NCBI GenBank assembly: GCA_964106645.2
Contig: OZ067043.1
Source of the DNA: Podarcis pityusensis
Lineage: Eukaryota
Strand: one strand, 5' to 3'
Length of the DNA stretch: 64,000 nt
Shown: positions 54,737 to 64,000 of the stretch, in pieces
How the letters are laid out: each line of letters opens with the position of its first letter
How positions within the stretch are numbered: position 1 is the stretch's first letter
Made by a program: the position numbers and the translations under genes
The notes under the pieces: generated by a model
The model's input: only the letters and a program-made list of their open reading frames with translations
Told to the model about the DNA's origin: nothing
The model's database searches: none

Positions 54737-56879
54737 ATCTATCAGACTTTAAAAATCTACAACTGGAAGAGTCACAGTATGGGAGACGCGTCACAATTAT
54801 TGCTATGAACAATGAGGCGGCAATGCTAGCTGCCGCCTTCGACACAGGAGGAAAGGACAGACACGGAACCATGCATTAAATAGTGCAGCCTCGGCGCAGA
54901 GGAGGGAAGGTCTGGGGGCTTGCGGCTTAGGGCAAAAGTACCATCATGGCATGGAGCCATCTGTCCCCCCCCCTCTTAACTGCTCACGATGCAGACGTTT
55001 GGCACTTGAACGCTGGCTGCTATGCCCATGCCACCGGCTGGAGCAGGTACCACGTGGGTAGGAGCCAGGTGTGCCCTTGCTGCTGGCACCATGGCTACAC
55101 CGCAGCAATCGTGCACGGCTGGGAGCTGAGGGGTGCCCCCCGACATGCACTGTTTGGCATTGGTTAAGTGAATTGGCATCGGGGTACAAGACAGGATTGT
55201 GGCTGCCGGGGTCTCCTGTCTCCTCCACCCAGGCATTTCTAGGGGGTAAAGTGCAGGCAGCAACACTGACATGGAAACACGGGATGGTGAGGCCGGAAGA
55301 CGGAACCATTAGTACCTCCTACCCATCTGAGGCAGCACAGGCCCTGCTTTGTGTTAGGGAGAAAAGCCTTGGAGCTGGAGATGGGGCTGGTGCCTATGGC
55401 CAACTTCTCCAAAGCTTCACCATGAAGCTAGCAGCTTCTGCCCCCACCACTAGTGGAGAAGTGGGCCACATGGAACCCAGGCCTGGCCAGGATAGCCTTT
55501 AGGGAAGCTTGTGCTTTTGCTCTGTGTGTGTGTGTCTTTCCCACCTGCAATGGTGTGGGCAGGACTTGGCACATCATCTGCTCTTAGCACCATGGTTGGC
55601 TCTGTCCCTTTCCCTGTGGGATAGGGCAGAGCTAGGTCCCAATGGTCTCTTACCTTTGTGGAGACCCCATTCAAATTAATTTATTCCCTTTAGGGGAAGA
55701 GTGTAGAAAAGTGCTTCAGAATAACAGGCTTGGGGGAGCATCCAGAAGATGCTGTCTAGACCAGGAATGCACACCTGGGCAAAATCTGTCCAGTGGGCTG
55801 CATGTGCTGCCCAGAGTCTGTGGCGCTGCCCAAGATGTCTATCATGGTAATACGGTGCATCCAGCCTCTCAGCTGTCGCTTTTTCTATTTGTGAGAGATG
55901 CTGTTTGCTTATGTTTCACTCTGCAGGTGTGTGATTCTGGATGGTGTGCAAATAAGGCTCAATATTAAGATCAGGAGGGAGACAAGTGCATATTTTTGTT
56001 CATGGAGTTGTGATCCTCCCATGCTCTTGCAACCCAATTAAAGAGAGCTCTCCTGCCCCCTACCCACCCACCCCAATCATTAACCTGCCAAATTCAATAC
56101 ATAGTTTCTAGCAGGAACGTTTCTTATCATGGGAGGCCATGGCGAGAAGTGCAAATTGGTAAGTGCTGGGGAAGCTAGCTTTCCTTTCCTAGGTGGGGAA
56201 GCTGGGAAGGTCTGTGCAGTGGTTGGGGGGGGAGGTGCAGTCTTAAGTGCATCTCTGGAAAAGCCCTCGCAGGGGCAACAGTCTAGCTGAAGGCTGCCTA
56301 GCCTGTGGCCAAGCGATGCCTAGAATGTCAGGATTAACATTTACAATTACAACCAACCCTCTTGCCCTCCCCCTCCCCCCACCCCAACCCCCCATTTGCT
56401 TATCTGTGGGGCCAGTCCCCAGGGCCCTGATCCAGGGCAGTATGGGGCATACCACCCCCAATAGATACCAGACCCCCTGGGCCCAGGTGCAGCTGCCAGA
56501 ATCCACCCCCAAAGGGGTTGCTGAGCCAGCGAGGCTCCAACCGACCCTCTTCCTGGTGCCCTTTCCCAAGGCACCCCCAACGGTTCAGCCAGTGCACACC
56601 CTCCCCACCCCTGACCCTGGTCCTGGTTGCGAATTGGGGCCATCCGAACGTGACTGTAAACATGAGGGTTACAAGATGGCACGGGGGCACTAATGAGGTG
56701 GGTGGGGTTGGAACTCACAGCCCCTCCCCCAGAGTCCGGCGCAGCCCGGGAGCCAGGGCTCCCCCACCCAGTGGGGGGGCGCTGTCATATATCTGAGCAG
56801 AGTAGGGTTTGGAGAACCAGGGCAGGTGGGAGAGGGGAGGTGCAAGGAGGGCTCCCTGCCCTGCCTCCCAGGCTCATGT

Positions 56880-63825
<6,946 letters not shown>

Positions 63826-64000
63826 CTGGAGGGAAAGGAAAGCGTGAGCACAAGTTGCAAGGGGGAGAGCTCTAAGGCATCTAGGGATGGGAGTTTGCAG
63901 CCAAATAAAGTATATGGCCTGTGCAAGTATGGACACACATACACTGAGGCTGTGGATATAAGGCACAGGCAGACAAACTGCAGCACAATTTGGGCCTGGT

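Noticed and set aside
54944-56800. Multiple 70-150 aa ORFs between CCDC24 and the SLC6A9 stop codon
   Set aside because: They lie in the GC-rich probable SLC6A9 3' UTR and show no recognisable protein features.

Overview
Vertebrate nuclear DNA. The repeat content (Sauria-type SINE, other tRNA-derived SINEs, hAT and Tc1/mariner MITEs, L1/L2/CR1 fragments, a Penelope-like element) indicates a squamate reptile, probably a lacertid lizard. The window carries the conserved block ATP6V0B (+, exon 1 outside the window) - B4GALT2 (+, complete) - CCDC24 (+, complete) - SLC6A9/GlyT1 (-, 5' part outside). Between B4GALT2 and CCDC24, where I know of no gene in human, lies an intact minus-strand gene with 3 coding exons. 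It encodes a 221-aa secreted cysteine-rich protein of the Brorin (VWC2/VWC2L) family, apparently a third paralogue, and sits head-to-head with CCDC24 across a CpG island containing an RFX X-box. Its first coding intron holds a young, 5'-truncated Penelope-like retroelement. This element has an uninterrupted RT + GIY-YIG ORF, a perfect 12-bp target-site duplication, a 4x19-bp stutter at the 5' junction and a minimal hammerhead ribozyme at its 3' end. Other points: a GC-AG intron in SLC6A9, an overlapping uORF in B4GALT2, two tightly convergent 3'-end pairs, and nested or internally deleted transposons. Exon coordinates were derived by hand from splice signals, phase and recalled orthologue sequences; no database searches were run.
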